This document shows, one piece after another, positions 1 to 9,232 of a stretch of DNA of 20,148 nt. Numbering within the stretch: position 1 is the first letter of the stretch; every line of letters begins with the position of its first letter. Source of the DNA: Trueperaceae bacterium (GTDB lineage: Bacteria; Deinococcota; Deinococci; Deinococcales; Trueperaceae); contig JBBDRK010000033.1 in assembly GCA_040905465.1 (NCBI GenBank), positions 1 to 20,148 of the forward strand, given 5' to 3'. Made by a program: the position numbers and the translations under genes. The notes under the pieces are model-generated. The model was not told the DNA's origin. It saw only the letters and a list, made by a program, of their open reading frames with translations, and made no database searches.

Positions 1-3000
1 GCCGGTGAACCTGGCGGTACCGTTTCGGCTGGTTCCGCATCGCCCGAGCCTCCATTGACCGGCACCCTCGCAGGTGCTGTCACGATCGAGGCGGAAGACC
101 TGGCCTCGCTCCTGGCCGGCACGCTCCGCGGCGACCTGCGGCTGCAGGAAGCCGGCCTGGCCGGGGGTGACTCGACGTTGTCGGGGTCCGTGGCCGTTTC
201 CGGCCCCGTCAACGACCCCCGACTGGAGCTCGACCTGCTGGCCGGCGGCAGGGCCGGCGGACGCCTGCGTATCGAGTCCGCTCCGGCCAGCGGCCGCCTT
301 TCGCTGCGCAGCGACCTGAGCTGGGGTCCGCTGACCACCGATCTGGAGGTCTCGTCGACCGTGAGCGAGGTCTCCGCTGCCGGCCGCATCGACCTTCCCG
401 GCGGCTACTTCGTCCTCTCCCGGATCGCCCGTCCGGCCGACTCCACCGGTCTGCCGACCATCGCCCTAGACGGCTCCGACCGCTTTCGCGACTGGCGCCT
501 GGAGTTCGCTCCGGCCGGCCCCGAGCTGAGGGTGCAAGCCGACCTCGATACGCTCGGCAACGCCATACACGGTCAGTTGACACTGAACGCCGGCTCCCGA
601 CCGCCGGGTGAGCCCTGGCTGCAGGCCCAGGTCGAGTCGTTGGGCTGGGGCGGCGTGACGCTGGGCACGGTACGGTTGGAGACCGCATCTCCCGGTGCGG
701 AGATCCTAATAAGCGGACCCGATCTGCAGGCAAGCGTTAGACCGCGTGAAGGCTTCGCCTGGACCATCGAGAAGCTGGACCTGGATCTTCCCGCCGGAAT
801 GGCGGCGACGGCCAGCGGAAGCGGTTCAGCTGCCAGCGGACGGCTCGACGCCGTGGTGTCCGGAAAGGTCGGAGGTGTGCCGGCGTCGCTGCCTCTGACG
901 CTGGAGCGCGGTCCCGCCTCGCCGCTTACGGTGGCCGGCTCGGGAGAGCTTCTGGGGGGAACCCTGATGGTCGACGCCGGCCTCGTCGCCGTACCGGCCG
1001 AGTTGCAGTCGCCCGACGCCCGGTGGCAGGGCCCCGAATGGATGGGCCTCCAGTGGAAGGGCGAGGTCGCAGCCCACGGGGTGCAGTTCGCCGGCACCAG
1101 CGGCCGGTTCACCGGCACCATTTCAGGTCCCGCGCCCTCGCCGCAACTCGCACTGAACGCGAACGCCCAGGGTACCGGCTTCACCCTTACCGGCCAGGCC
1201 CTGCTGGTGGTCGACGAGCAGGCGCTGCAGCTGGACCTGGACTCCCCTTACCTGGACTCGCCGTTGACCATCGCCGCCAGAGCCGGCGAGGAGACCTCGG
1301 TACGCATCTCGGGCCGCCGGACCGGCGGCAGCGACGGCGAGTTCAGCGGCAGTCCCGACGAGGACCCAGGCGCTGCGGCCGCTGGTGTCGCCGTACTTTT
1401 CCCGCATGCGCCGGGGCTGGTGCCGGAGGTGAGCGGCAACCTGATTGTCGATATCGGCCCCCTCCGGTTGGCGCTCAACGCCACGAGCGACCTCAGCGGC
1501 GCCGGCGAGGCCGAAGCGGCACCCGGCGGCCAGCAGGGTCTCGAGATCGTCCTGAGCCTGCCGCAACTGCCGGGCTCGGGCCTTTCAACGGTGCTGAGCG
1601 CTTCCGAACTTGCCCGGCCGGCGAGCCTGCTGGAAGGTCCGCTGCCGTTCACCGGCATAGAACGGACATCAGGGCGCGTGGTGGCCGACCTCGCGCGGCT
1701 ATCGTTGCGGGTCGACGACCTGAGCTACCGGGGTGAGATCGCGACGGTCGGGTTGAGCGGCCGCGTCGGTCCCGGCGTCAGCAGCGACCTCGTTGGCAAC
1801 ATCGTGATCGACGCACCTGTGCGCACCGGGTTGCTGCCGGCGCTCCCTGAAAACAGCCGGGTTCCGTTTCGGATCGGCGCCGACGCCGGTCTGATCGAAG
1901 TGGAGTCCGAAGGCGACCTGGGCACGGTTCGCCTGGTCTACGACACGGACGTTGGCACGGCCGATCTGGACGCCGTAATACGGTTCGCCGGCGGCAGCGC
2001 GGCCGGTGAGCTGAGCTTCGATCCGGTGATCGGTCCGGTTGGACGGTTCACCGTCGACGGTCTGCCGTTGATAGCGCTCGACGACCAGCAACAGCTGCGA
2101 TTGAGCGGCGACGTCGAGGTGAGCCCCCAGGCAGTCACCGGGACTACACAGTTACGAGCCGCGAACGGGTCGCTGCGGGCAACGGCGACGTTGGGCCTGG
2201 GCATGTTCGTGCCAGCGGCGATCGCTCCTCAGGGAACCGGGGAGCAGCGCCTGGACCTCCAACTCGCTACCTTCGACCTCAGCAGCCTCCCTCTGGTTGC
2301 GAGCCGAGTCCCATATCTGAGCGCGCCGCTGAGCGGCTTCCTCCAGATTCAGGGACGAAACGTCGTCGGCCGGCTCGTCGCACCCGATCTGGCTGTTGCG
2401 GGCGAAACGCTGCCGCTTTCGATCGATGTCAGCGGGCCGCTGGATTCACTGGTGATGAACGCCCTGGTGGCCGGCAGCGCGATAAGGCTCACGCTCGACG
2501 ACCACAGCCTGAGCGCCCTGGCCACGCTGGAACGGTTTCCGCTGCACCGGATGGTCGAGGCGGTAACTGGACCCACCGACGTGAGCGCGGAGGTAACCGG
2601 GGTAGCCAGAGTCGTCCTGCCATTCGATAGACGCGAGGGCCCCTCTGTCGAGGTGGCCACCGAGCTGGTGCGCTTGGAACGATCGGGCGTGGTGACTACC
2701 GGTAACGTCAGCCTGGTGCTGGACGAGGGCGCATTGAACGTACGGGAGGCGGAGTTCAACGGCGCCGGGCGCTGGAGCGCCGAGGGCAGCATCAGTCCGG
2801 ATCTGCTCGATTTCAACCTGACCGCGGAAGATGCCGACTTCGGACCGCTACTGGGGCTCGTGCCGACGCTGGCCCGCTATCGGGTGGCTGCTCAGGGCTC
2901 GCTCGAACTGAGTGCCACCGGCACGATGACCCGACCGCAGGTAACCCTCGCCACGCCGGCGCTGCAGTTCGAGGTGGCCGGTTCCGACTTCCTGCTGGAA

Positions 3001-4527
3001 CAGGGTGAAGCGAACCTCAACGATGGTCGGCTCGCCGTTGCGGCCAGGGTAACCGGCCTGTCGGCCGTCACCGGTCAGCTGGTAGTCGCCGGCGAAGGCA
3101 ATCTGGAGCTGCTTCCGCTTCGGCTCAACTCTGCTCGGTTCACGGCCCGCGGCGCCGCCGTCGTGCCTGGGTTGGGTGAGATCAGCGATTTCGAAGCGGC
3201 GGTGACGTCGCGGCCGGACGTTGGGCTGTGGCTGGAAGGCGGCGGCCGGCTGGGCGAGCCGTTCACGATGAAAGGAGGGCTGGCCCCACTCGACCTGGAG
3301 ATCGTCGGTGAGGACCTGGCGCTGAGCTTCCCCCAGCTCCTCCTTGCATCCGCTCAGGCCGATGCAGCCCTGCGCTTGCGTTGGGACGACGATTTGCGGT
3401 TCTCAGGCGACCTCGATATCGATCAGGCTCGCTTCGAGTTGGGGATCAGGCCACCCGGAATGGACGAGCGGCGAGCCGAACGAAGAGGTCCCAATCCCGT
3501 TGCAGAGCGATTCGTGTTCGACGACGTCGCCCTCCGCGCGCCGGGTCGAGTGCGCTTCAGCGAGAACTTCGGCAACGCCGAGCTGGCGCTCGACCTCACG
3601 CTCGCCGGAAACGCCGCCCAGCCCCAACTCAATGGCAGCGCTCAAGTGCTCAGGGGGACTTTCCAGTTCTCTGGCCGAGACTTCCAGATCCAGTCGGCCG
3701 AGGCCCGGTTCGACCCGTCGCGCGGAGTCCTGCCGGTACTCGATGTTACGGCCGTGACGAGTTTCGAAATGCGCCGGGTTCAACCGGGCGACGGAAGCGT
3801 GAGGTTCGTTGCGCCGCAGGACGGGAGCCGGTTCGAGGTCGTCCTGGCGTTTACCGGCGAGGTCGAGCCGCTGCCCGGCGAGAGTCCGCCCTTTCGCCTC
3901 GACCTCACACCGTCTCTCAGCTCCGAGGCGTTGATCCAGGAGGTAAGGGGCGACGGCATCACGTCCGGACCTCGCAGCCTGAGCGAGCCGGAACTGCTGT
4001 CGCTGATCACGCTCGGACGTCTCGAGCTGAACGCCCCGCTCGCCGGCCAGCAGGGCCTGGCGACCGCCGTGGCCGAAGGGGCGATCGACACCGCGGTCGA
4101 TCTGCTGATCGTTTCCGAGTTGCAATCCGCCCTGGCAGAGGCTCTGGGCGTCGAGGTCGTTGAGATCCGCACCACCGCCCTGTCGTCGGTCTTCGGCCGC
4201 GACGCCAGCGACCCGTTCAGCGTATCCCTGCGTCTGGGCGGATACCTCAGTGACGAGATCTTTGCCTCCTACCAGATCGGGTCGTTCGACGACGCACGTG
4301 GCCTGTACGCGCTTACCAACGAAGTCAGCCTGCTATATGAGCTGGGGCCGCTCGAGCTGGACCTGGCCGGACGCGTCAACTTCGAAGACACCGGCGTCCC
4401 CAATCCCGACGCCGAAGTCAGCGCAACCGTTCGGTATGCGTTCGACACGCGGACCAGCCTCGAGGCCGGGATCGATCTCTCGGACGATAATCAGCAACTC
4501 CGCTTCGGTGTCACGCTGCGCTGGTGA
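1..4527 (+). CDS. tamB: Large translocation/assembly module TamB-like protein (C-terminal DUF490 domain); 5' end lies outside the window
   Basis: Frame 1 is open from base 1, so the TTG at 55 is probably not the real start. Gly/Leu-rich alternating beta-strand repeats throughout. C-terminal region resembles DUF490 (LDLTLAGNAAQPQLNGSAQVLRGTFQFSGRDF...LSEPELLSLITLG...LRLGGYLSDEIFASY) and ends in aromatic FGVTLRW. Confidence 0.8.
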   Translation, partial: AGEPGGTVSAGSASPEPPLTGTLAGAVTIEAEDLASLLAGTLRGDLRLQEAGLAGGDSTLSGSVAVSGPVNDPRLELDLLAGGRAGGRLRIESAPASGRLSLRSDLSWGPLTTDLEVSSTVSEVSAAGRIDLPGGYFVLSRIARPADSTGLPTIALDGSDRFRDWRLEFAPAGPELRVQADLDTLGNAIHGQLTLNAGSRPPGEPWLQAQVESLGWGGVTLGTVRLETASPGAEILISGPDLQASVRPREGFAWTIEKLDLDLPAGMAATASGSGSAASGRLDAVVSGKVGGVPASLPLTLERGPASPLTVAGSGELLGGTLMVDAGLVAVPAELQSPDARWQGPEWMGLQWKGEVAAHGVQFAGTSGRFTGTISGPAPSPQLALNANAQGTGFTLTGQALLVVDEQALQLDLDSPYLDSPLTIAARAGEETSVRISGRRTGGSDGEFSGSPDEDPGAAAAGVAVLFPHAPGLVPEVSGNLIVDIGPLRLALNATSDLSGAGEAEAAPGGQQGLEIVLSLPQLPGSGLSTVLSASELARPASLLEGPLPFTGIERTSGRVVADLARLSLRVDDLSYRGEIATVGLSGRVGPGVSSDLVGNIVIDAPVRTGLLPALPENSRVPFRIGADAGLIEVESEGDLGTVRLVYDTDVGTADLDAVIRFAGGSAAGELSFDPVIGPVGRFTVDGLPLIALDDQQQLRLSGDVEVSPQAVTGTTQLRAANGSLRATATLGLGMFVPAAIAPQGTGEQRLDLQLATFDLSSLPLVASRVPYLSAPLSGFLQIQGRNVVGRLVAPDLAVAGETLPLSIDVSGPLDSLVMNALVAGSAIRLTLDDHSLSALATLERFPLHRMVEAVTGPTDVSAEVTGVARVVLPFDRREGPSVEVATELVRLERSGVVTTGNVSLVLDEGALNVREAEFNGAGRWSAEGSISPDLLDFNLTAEDADFGPLLGLVPTLARYRVAAQGSLELSATGTMTRPQVTLATPALQFEVAGSDFLLEQGEANLNDGRLAVAARVTGLSAVTGQLVVAGEGNLELLPLRLNSARFTARGAAVVPGLGEISDFEAAVTSRPDVGLWLEGGGRLGEPFTMKGGLAPLDLEIVGEDLALSFPQLLLASAQADAALRLRWDDDLRFSGDLDIDQARFELGIRPPGMDERRAERRGPNPVAERFVFDDVALRAPGRVRFSENFGNAELALDLTLAGNAAQPQLNGSAQVLRGTFQFSGRDFQIQSAEARFDPSRGVLPVLDVTAVTSFEMRRVQPGDGSVRFVAPQDGSRFEVVLAFTGEVEPLPGESPPFRLDLTPSLSSEALIQEVRGDGITSGPRSLSEPELLSLITLGRLELNAPLAGQQGLATAVAEGAIDTAVDLLIVSELQSALAEALGVEVVEIRTTALSSVFGRDASDPFSVSLRLGGYLSDEIFASYQIGSFDDARGLYALTNEVSLLYELGPLELDLAGRVNFEDTGVPNPDAEVSATVRYAFDTRTSLEAGIDLSDDNQQLRFGVTLRW

Positions 4528-4625
4528 ACCCTTCGCCGGGCGGCTCGGGTGGGGTTAGGCTTGCCGTCAGGGAGACCGCGGTGTACCCGCGAGCGGCTCT
4601 CGCCACCGGCCGGAGCCGGTTGGGC

Positions 4626-4634
4626 TGCTATCAT
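4626..4634 (+). promoter_or_regulatory. Putative extended -10 promoter (TGcTATCAT) for pckA
   Basis: TG-n-TATCAT about 63 nt upstream of the ATG; no clear -35. Confidence 0.5.
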
Positions 4635-4697
4635 TTTGGATCGAGGCCCGTTCGCGCCCAGGCCTCTACCAACACACCATCAGGAAGCAGGTAGTCG

Positions 4698-6275
4698 ATG
4701 CGGGAGAGCACCACCCAAGCACGGAGCACACTCGATTTAGAGGGCGCCGAGACGATTCACAATCCCAGCGCCGCTTTACTCTACGAGCATGCTCTGGCAC
4801 GGGGGGAGGCCCGGCTGGGGGACAACGGTCCCCTTGTCGTGGACACAGGCCGTTTCACGGGTCGGTCACCAAAGGACAAGTTCATAGTTCGAGGCGGCGC
4901 CGCCGGCGAGAAGATCGACTGGGGTCAGGTAAACCAGCCCATCGAGCCCGACGGCTTCGCACGGCTGAAGGCCGACATGGAGGCGATGGCCCGGGGAAAG
5001 CAGCTCTTCGTTCAGGACCTTTTCGTCGGTAGCGACCCGCGCTATCGTCGGTCGGTCCGGGTCATCACCGAATACGCCTGGCACAGTCTGTTCGCTCGCA
5101 ACCTGTTCCTGCGCAGCGGTGAGCGCCATGAGTCACCCGACTGGACCGTCCTGGACCTGCCGTCGCTGAAGGCCGATCCGGTCCGCCACGGCTCCCTCAG
5201 CGACACCGTCGTCGCTCTGGATATGGACGGCGGCCTGGTGCTGATCGCCAATACCGAGTATGCCGGTGAGATAAAGAAGTCGATATTCTCCGCGATGAAC
5301 TACGAGCTGCCTGGGCTCGGCGTCATGCCGATGCATTGCTCGGCAAACCACGGGACAGACGGCGACGTGGCCCTGTTTTTCGGACTCTCGGGAACCGGCA
5401 AGACGACGCTCTCGTCCGACCCGGCGCGAGTGCTGATCGGCGACGACGAGCACGGTTGGTCGGCGGACGGAATCTTCAACTTCGAGGGCGGTTGCTACGC
5501 GAAGGTGATCGATCTCGACGCGAAGGCCGAGCCGGAGATATATGCCGCGACGAGACGCTTCGGAACGATCCTCGAGAATATCGGCATGGACCGGTCCAGC
5601 CGCCGGGTCGACCTCGAGGACCGTTCGCGTACCGAGAATACCCGCGCCGCCTATCCGATCGAATTCATCCCCAACGCCAGCGCGTCCGGCCTGGCCGGGC
5701 ACCCGGCGGCGGTTGTGTTCCTCACCGCCGACGCTTTCGGTGTACTTCCGCCGATAAGCCGTCTCGACATCGCACAGGCCAAGTATCATTTCCTGTCGGG
5801 TTATACCGCAAAGCTCGCCGGCACCGAGCGCGGCGTCACCGAGCCGCAAGCTACCTTCAGCACCTGTTTCGGTGCCCCTTTCATGCCGCTGCATCCCAAC
5901 CTGTACGCCGAGATGCTGGGCGAATGCCTGGAACGGCACGGCACCAAGGTGTGGCTGGTGAACACCGGCTGGACGGGTGGCCCATACGGAACTGGGAACA
6001 GGTTGAAGCTCCGCTTCACGCGGGCGATGGTGCTGGCGGCGCTCGAGGGCAGGCTGGATGACGTTCCGATGCGCGCCGACCCGCTGTTCGGCTTCGAGGT
6101 GCCATTGAGTTGCCCGGACGTGCCCGCGGGGATCCTGGGCCCCCGCGGGACCTGGCAGGACGGCGTCGTGTACGACGAGCAGGCTCGGAGTCTCGCGGCG
6201 ATGTTCCAGGAGAACTTCCGCCGTTTCGAAGCGCACGTCAGCCCGGAAGTCGTAAGGGCCGGACCGCGGCTCTAA
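4698..6275 (+). CDS. pckA: Phosphoenolpyruvate carboxykinase (ATP)
   Basis: Diagnostic motifs TGRSPKDK, YAGEIKKS, MHCSAN, P-loop GLSGTGKTTLS, IGDDEHGW, FNFEGGCYAK, ENTRAAYP; 525 aa. Confidence 0.98.
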   Translation: MRESTTQARSTLDLEGAETIHNPSAALLYEHALARGEARLGDNGPLVVDTGRFTGRSPKDKFIVRGGAAGEKIDWGQVNQPIEPDGFARLKADMEAMARGKQLFVQDLFVGSDPRYRRSVRVITEYAWHSLFARNLFLRSGERHESPDWTVLDLPSLKADPVRHGSLSDTVVALDMDGGLVLIANTEYAGEIKKSIFSAMNYELPGLGVMPMHCSANHGTDGDVALFFGLSGTGKTTLSSDPARVLIGDDEHGWSADGIFNFEGGCYAKVIDLDAKAEPEIYAATRRFGTILENIGMDRSSRRVDLEDRSRTENTRAAYPIEFIPNASASGLAGHPAAVVFLTADAFGVLPPISRLDIAQAKYHFLSGYTAKLAGTERGVTEPQATFSTCFGAPFMPLHPNLYAEMLGECLERHGTKVWLVNTGWTGGPYGTGNRLKLRFTRAMVLAALEGRLDDVPMRADPLFGFEVPLSCPDVPAGILGPRGTWQDGVVYDEQARSLAAMFQENFRRFEAHVSPEVVRAGPRL

Positions 6276-6310
6276 GAGACCGGGCGGACATCTGATGTCC
6301 GCCCGGTCTC
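6276..6310. terminator. Perfect 17-bp inverted repeat directly after the pckA stop; probable bidirectional terminator between convergent genes
   Basis: gagaccgggcggacatc-t-gatgtccgcccggtctc; only short U-tracts follow on either strand. Confidence 0.65.
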
Positions 6311-6358
6311 CGTTTATCATTGCGTCGGCTCAGCCGCGCAATGCCTCGATTCGGCAGT

Positions 6359-7714
6359 TCAGTTGGCGGCAGACTCCGCCTTGGCGACTACCTGCTCGAG
6401 CAACACCTGATATGCGGTTCGCAGGGCGTCATCTTCTTCGAGATCGACCATCGCCTGACCCTGTACCGCGCTGTACTCGCGCTGGGGTCCCGTGGTCACG
6501 AACTCGAACTCGCCCTGCTCGTTAGCCTCGAACGAACCGACGGACTCGCCGTCGATGACGATCTCGAGCGTCTGTCCCGGGCTGGCGCCCTGGCCTTCGA
6601 GCGAAATGATGTTGGGATAGCGGGTGTCCTCTGCCGCGACATCGGGCGTGATTCCCTGCTGATTGATGGAGCGGCGGTCGGGCGTCAGCCACTCGAACGC
6701 CAGATACACGAGTTGACCGCCATCGGACAACGACACGACGTTTTGTGCGACGCCCTTGCCGAAGGTCTCCTCGCCTATCACCAGGGCCCGTCCGTTCTCC
6801 TGCAGGGCGCCGGCTACGATCTCCGACGCGGACGCCGAGTGTTCGTTGACCAGCACCACCATGGGCAGGTCGAACGCCTCGGGATCGGCGGCTGCGAGCC
6901 TCTGGGTGACTCCGCGAGCGCGCTGGAACACGATGTCGCCGCTGGAGAGGAACTCGTCGGCAACCAGGATCCCCTGGTTGAGGAAGCCGCCACCGTTGTC
7001 ACGGAGGTCGAGGATCAGCGACGTGATTCCCTGCCCCTTGAGCTCATCGAGTTGCGCGACCAGTTGATCGTGGAGCTGCTGGTTGGCGAAAGTGGTGAGG
7101 CTGACGTACCCCACGTTGTCGGGCAGAACGGCGGACTCGACCGACACGATGCTGATGGTGCCGCGCGTGATCTCGAACGAGACGTTCTCTTCCTGGCCGG
7201 GCCGGAGCATCTCCAGGCGTACCTCGGTTCCCTCGGGACCGCGCACCAGGTCGGCAACCTCGGTAGGGGTCATCTCCTTGACGTCCACGCCGTCGACCAC
7301 AACGAAGATATCGCCACGTTGGAGACCGGCCTGATCGGCCGGTCCGCCGCGATAAACGGTCAGAATCTCCACCCCGGTCCCGCTCTGGCGGTTCCTGGTG
7401 GTGAGTACCGCGCCGATGCCTTCGAAGGAGCCGGACTGATCCTGGAGGTCGCGAGCCGCGCTTTGCGGTGTCTTGTAGTAGGAGAACGGATCCTCCAGAG
7501 ACTCCAACATGCCGTTGATCGCACCCTGGATGATTTCGCTTTCGTCAACGTCCTCGAGATAGTTCGATTTCAGCGTGCCGTAGGTCTGGATGAGGGACCT
7601 GCCGGCAGCGGACTCGAGGAATTCCGTCGAGTAGTCCCGCGAGAACTGGGCATCGACCACCATGATCGACGCACCAAGGGCCACCAGGACCAACAATAAC
7701 CATCTACGTTTCAT
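6359..7714 (-). CDS. ctpA: S41A family carboxy-terminal processing protease (signal/TM segment, PDZ, protease domain), 451 aa
   Basis: Real start MKRRWLLLVLV at 7714 with SD GGAGG. Motifs LEDPFSYY, PDZ FEGIGA...GPADQAGLQRGD, LILDLRDNGGG, catalytic Ser in SASASEIVAG and Lys in TFGKG, GITPD. The N-terminal ~418 aa of the 869-aa track ORF are mostly antisense to glgA. Confidence 0.92.
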   Translation of the reverse strand: MKRRWLLLVLVALGASIMVVDAQFSRDYSTEFLESAAGRSLIQTYGTLKSNYLEDVDESEIIQGAINGMLESLEDPFSYYKTPQSAARDLQDQSGSFEGIGAVLTTRNRQSGTGVEILTVYRGGPADQAGLQRGDIFVVVDGVDVKEMTPTEVADLVRGPEGTEVRLEMLRPGQEENVSFEITRGTISIVSVESAVLPDNVGYVSLTTFANQQLHDQLVAQLDELKGQGITSLILDLRDNGGGFLNQGILVADEFLSSGDIVFQRARGVTQRLAAADPEAFDLPMVVLVNEHSASASEIVAGALQENGRALVIGEETFGKGVAQNVVSLSDGGQLVYLAFEWLTPDRRSINQQGITPDVAAEDTRYPNIISLEGQGASPGQTLEIVIDGESVGSFEANEQGEFEFVTTGPQREYSAVQGQAMVDLEEDDALRTAYQVLLEQVVAKAESAAN

Positions 7715-7747
7715 CGAACCTCCCGGGGGGAAAGATTCCCGGTCCCA

Positions 7748-7753
7748 AGTATA
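7748..7753 (-). promoter_or_regulatory. Putative -10 box (TATACT) for the S41 protease gene
   Basis: TATACT on the minus strand, 33 nt upstream of the ATG, in the divergent ctpA/glgA spacer. Confidence 0.5.
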
Positions 7754-7828
7754 TGGGGCGTGCCGGATTAGAACCGTAAGGCGCCGAACCGGATCCGGCG
7801 GTCGGCCCTGCCGCTCGCACACTCTCCG

Positions 7829-7834
7829 TATACT
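7829..7834 (+). promoter_or_regulatory. -10 box (TATACT) 6 nt before the glgA GTG, implying a leaderless mRNA
   Basis: TATACT-ggggcg-GTG; no Shine-Dalgarno sequence. Confidence 0.7.
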
Positions 7835-7840
7835 GGGGCG

Positions 7841-9232
7841 GTGCGTCTTCTTTTCGCTTCCAGCGAGGTTTACCCCTTCAGCAAGACCGGCGGTCTCGGC
7901 GACGTGCTCGGGGCGCTTCCAGCGGCTCTCGCGAGGTTGGGCCACGACGTCATGGTGATGAGCCCCTGGTACGGGAGCTTGCGCTCCGCTCAGCCGCTGT
8001 GGATCGGTGACATCGAGGTGCCCTTCGACGGCGGCGAGTGCACGGCGGGCGTGGGTACGCTCGAAAAGGACGGCGTCCGTCTGGCCTTCGTCGGTCACGA
8101 GGACTTCCGTCGCGACCGGATCTACGGGTACCCGGATGACGTACGACGATTTTGCCGATTCACCAGGTCGGTGCCGCAGGTGGCGGACCGGCTCCGATTC
8201 AGGCCCGACGTGGTCCATGTACACGATTGGCACGGCGCTTACTTGCCGGTGGTGCTGCGGCGCGGCCGGCACCTGCCCGATGGCTATCAGGACATTCCGA
8301 GTGTGCTGACGATCCACAACGCGCAATACCAGGGCATCTCCGAGATCGAGGAGACCCTGCGCTGGCTGCGCTTGCCGCACGTGCTGGCCCATTCGGCGAT
8401 CGCCCGTGAAGGACTGGCAAACGCACTCAGAGCCGGCAGCAGCTTCGCCGAGCGGATCACTACGGTGAGCCCGAGCTACGCCGGCGAGATCCTTACCGAA
8501 GAGTTCGGCCACGGCCTGGACGATACGTTTCGCGGCCTCAGCCACAAGTTGACGGGCATCCTCAACGGCATCGAGACGTCCGAGTGGGATCCGGCTCACG
8601 ACCGTCATCTCCCTGCAACATACGACGCCGGCGATACCAGCGGAAAACGTCTGGCAAAACGCGAACTGTGCGAACTGACCGGCCTCGACGACACCCGGCC
8701 GTTGCTGGCTGTCGTGTCGCGCCTGGCCGAACAGAAGGGTGTCGACGTGCTGCTCGACGCTGCTATCGACCTGGTGGACCAAGGGTGGTCGCTGTTCGTG
8801 CTGGGTACCGGCGAGGAGCCGCTCGAGGCGCGGATACTGGCCCTTAGCCGGACCGACGGTCGCATTGCCGCTACGGTCGACTACGACGAGGGGTTGGCAC
8901 ACCTCGTGTACGCCGCGGCGGACGCACTGGCCATCCCGAGCCGCTTCGAGCCGTGCGGACTGAGTCAACTGATCGCGATGCGATACGGAACTTTGCCGAT
9001 CGCGCGCGCTACCGGAGGTTTACGTGACACCATCGAACACGGCCGGACGGGCTTCCTCTTTTCCCGCCTCGAGCCAAGCGCAATCGCCGCGAGCGCCGGC
9101 GAGGCCTTGCACCATTACGGTACCCAGAGGTGGACGACCATGATGCACGCCGCCATGGGTCAGGACTTCAGCTGGGACCGCTCGGCGCGGCGGTACGAGG
9201 AGTTGTACCAGAGCGTCACGGGGGAACTGTGA
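7841..9232 (+). CDS. glgA: Glycogen synthase (ADP-glucose dependent, GT5)
   Basis: ADP-Glc motif KTGGLGDV, HVHDWH, TIHN..YQG, TTVSPSYA, GILNGI, VSRLAEQKG, PSRFEPCGLSQL, TGGLRDT. Confidence 0.97.
   Translation: MRLLFASSEVYPFSKTGGLGDVLGALPAALARLGHDVMVMSPWYGSLRSAQPLWIGDIEVPFDGGECTAGVGTLEKDGVRLAFVGHEDFRRDRIYGYPDDVRRFCRFTRSVPQVADRLRFRPDVVHVHDWHGAYLPVVLRRGRHLPDGYQDIPSVLTIHNAQYQGISEIEETLRWLRLPHVLAHSAIAREGLANALRAGSSFAERITTVSPSYAGEILTEEFGHGLDDTFRGLSHKLTGILNGIETSEWDPAHDRHLPATYDAGDTSGKRLAKRELCELTGLDDTRPLLAVVSRLAEQKGVDVLLDAAIDLVDQGWSLFVLGTGEEPLEARILALSRTDGRIAATVDYDEGLAHLVYAAADALAIPSRFEPCGLSQLIAMRYGTLPIARATGGLRDTIEHGRTGFLFSRLEPSAIAASAGEALHHYGTQRWTTMMHAAMGQDFSWDRSARRYEELYQSVTGEL

Noticed and set aside
6320-7699. 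Long antisense ORFs (459 aa here; also 5133-6320, 12145-13569, 13154-14089, 17260-18384, 18449-19570)
   Set aside because: They lie opposite well-supported genes and show no recognisable motifs; such ORFs are expected from high-GC codon bias.
7715-8968. N-terminal extension of the 869-aa minus-strand ORF (apparent protease fusion)
   Set aside because: It is mostly the antisense shadow of glgA. The real start at 7714 has an SD, a signal-like N-terminus and its own -10 box.
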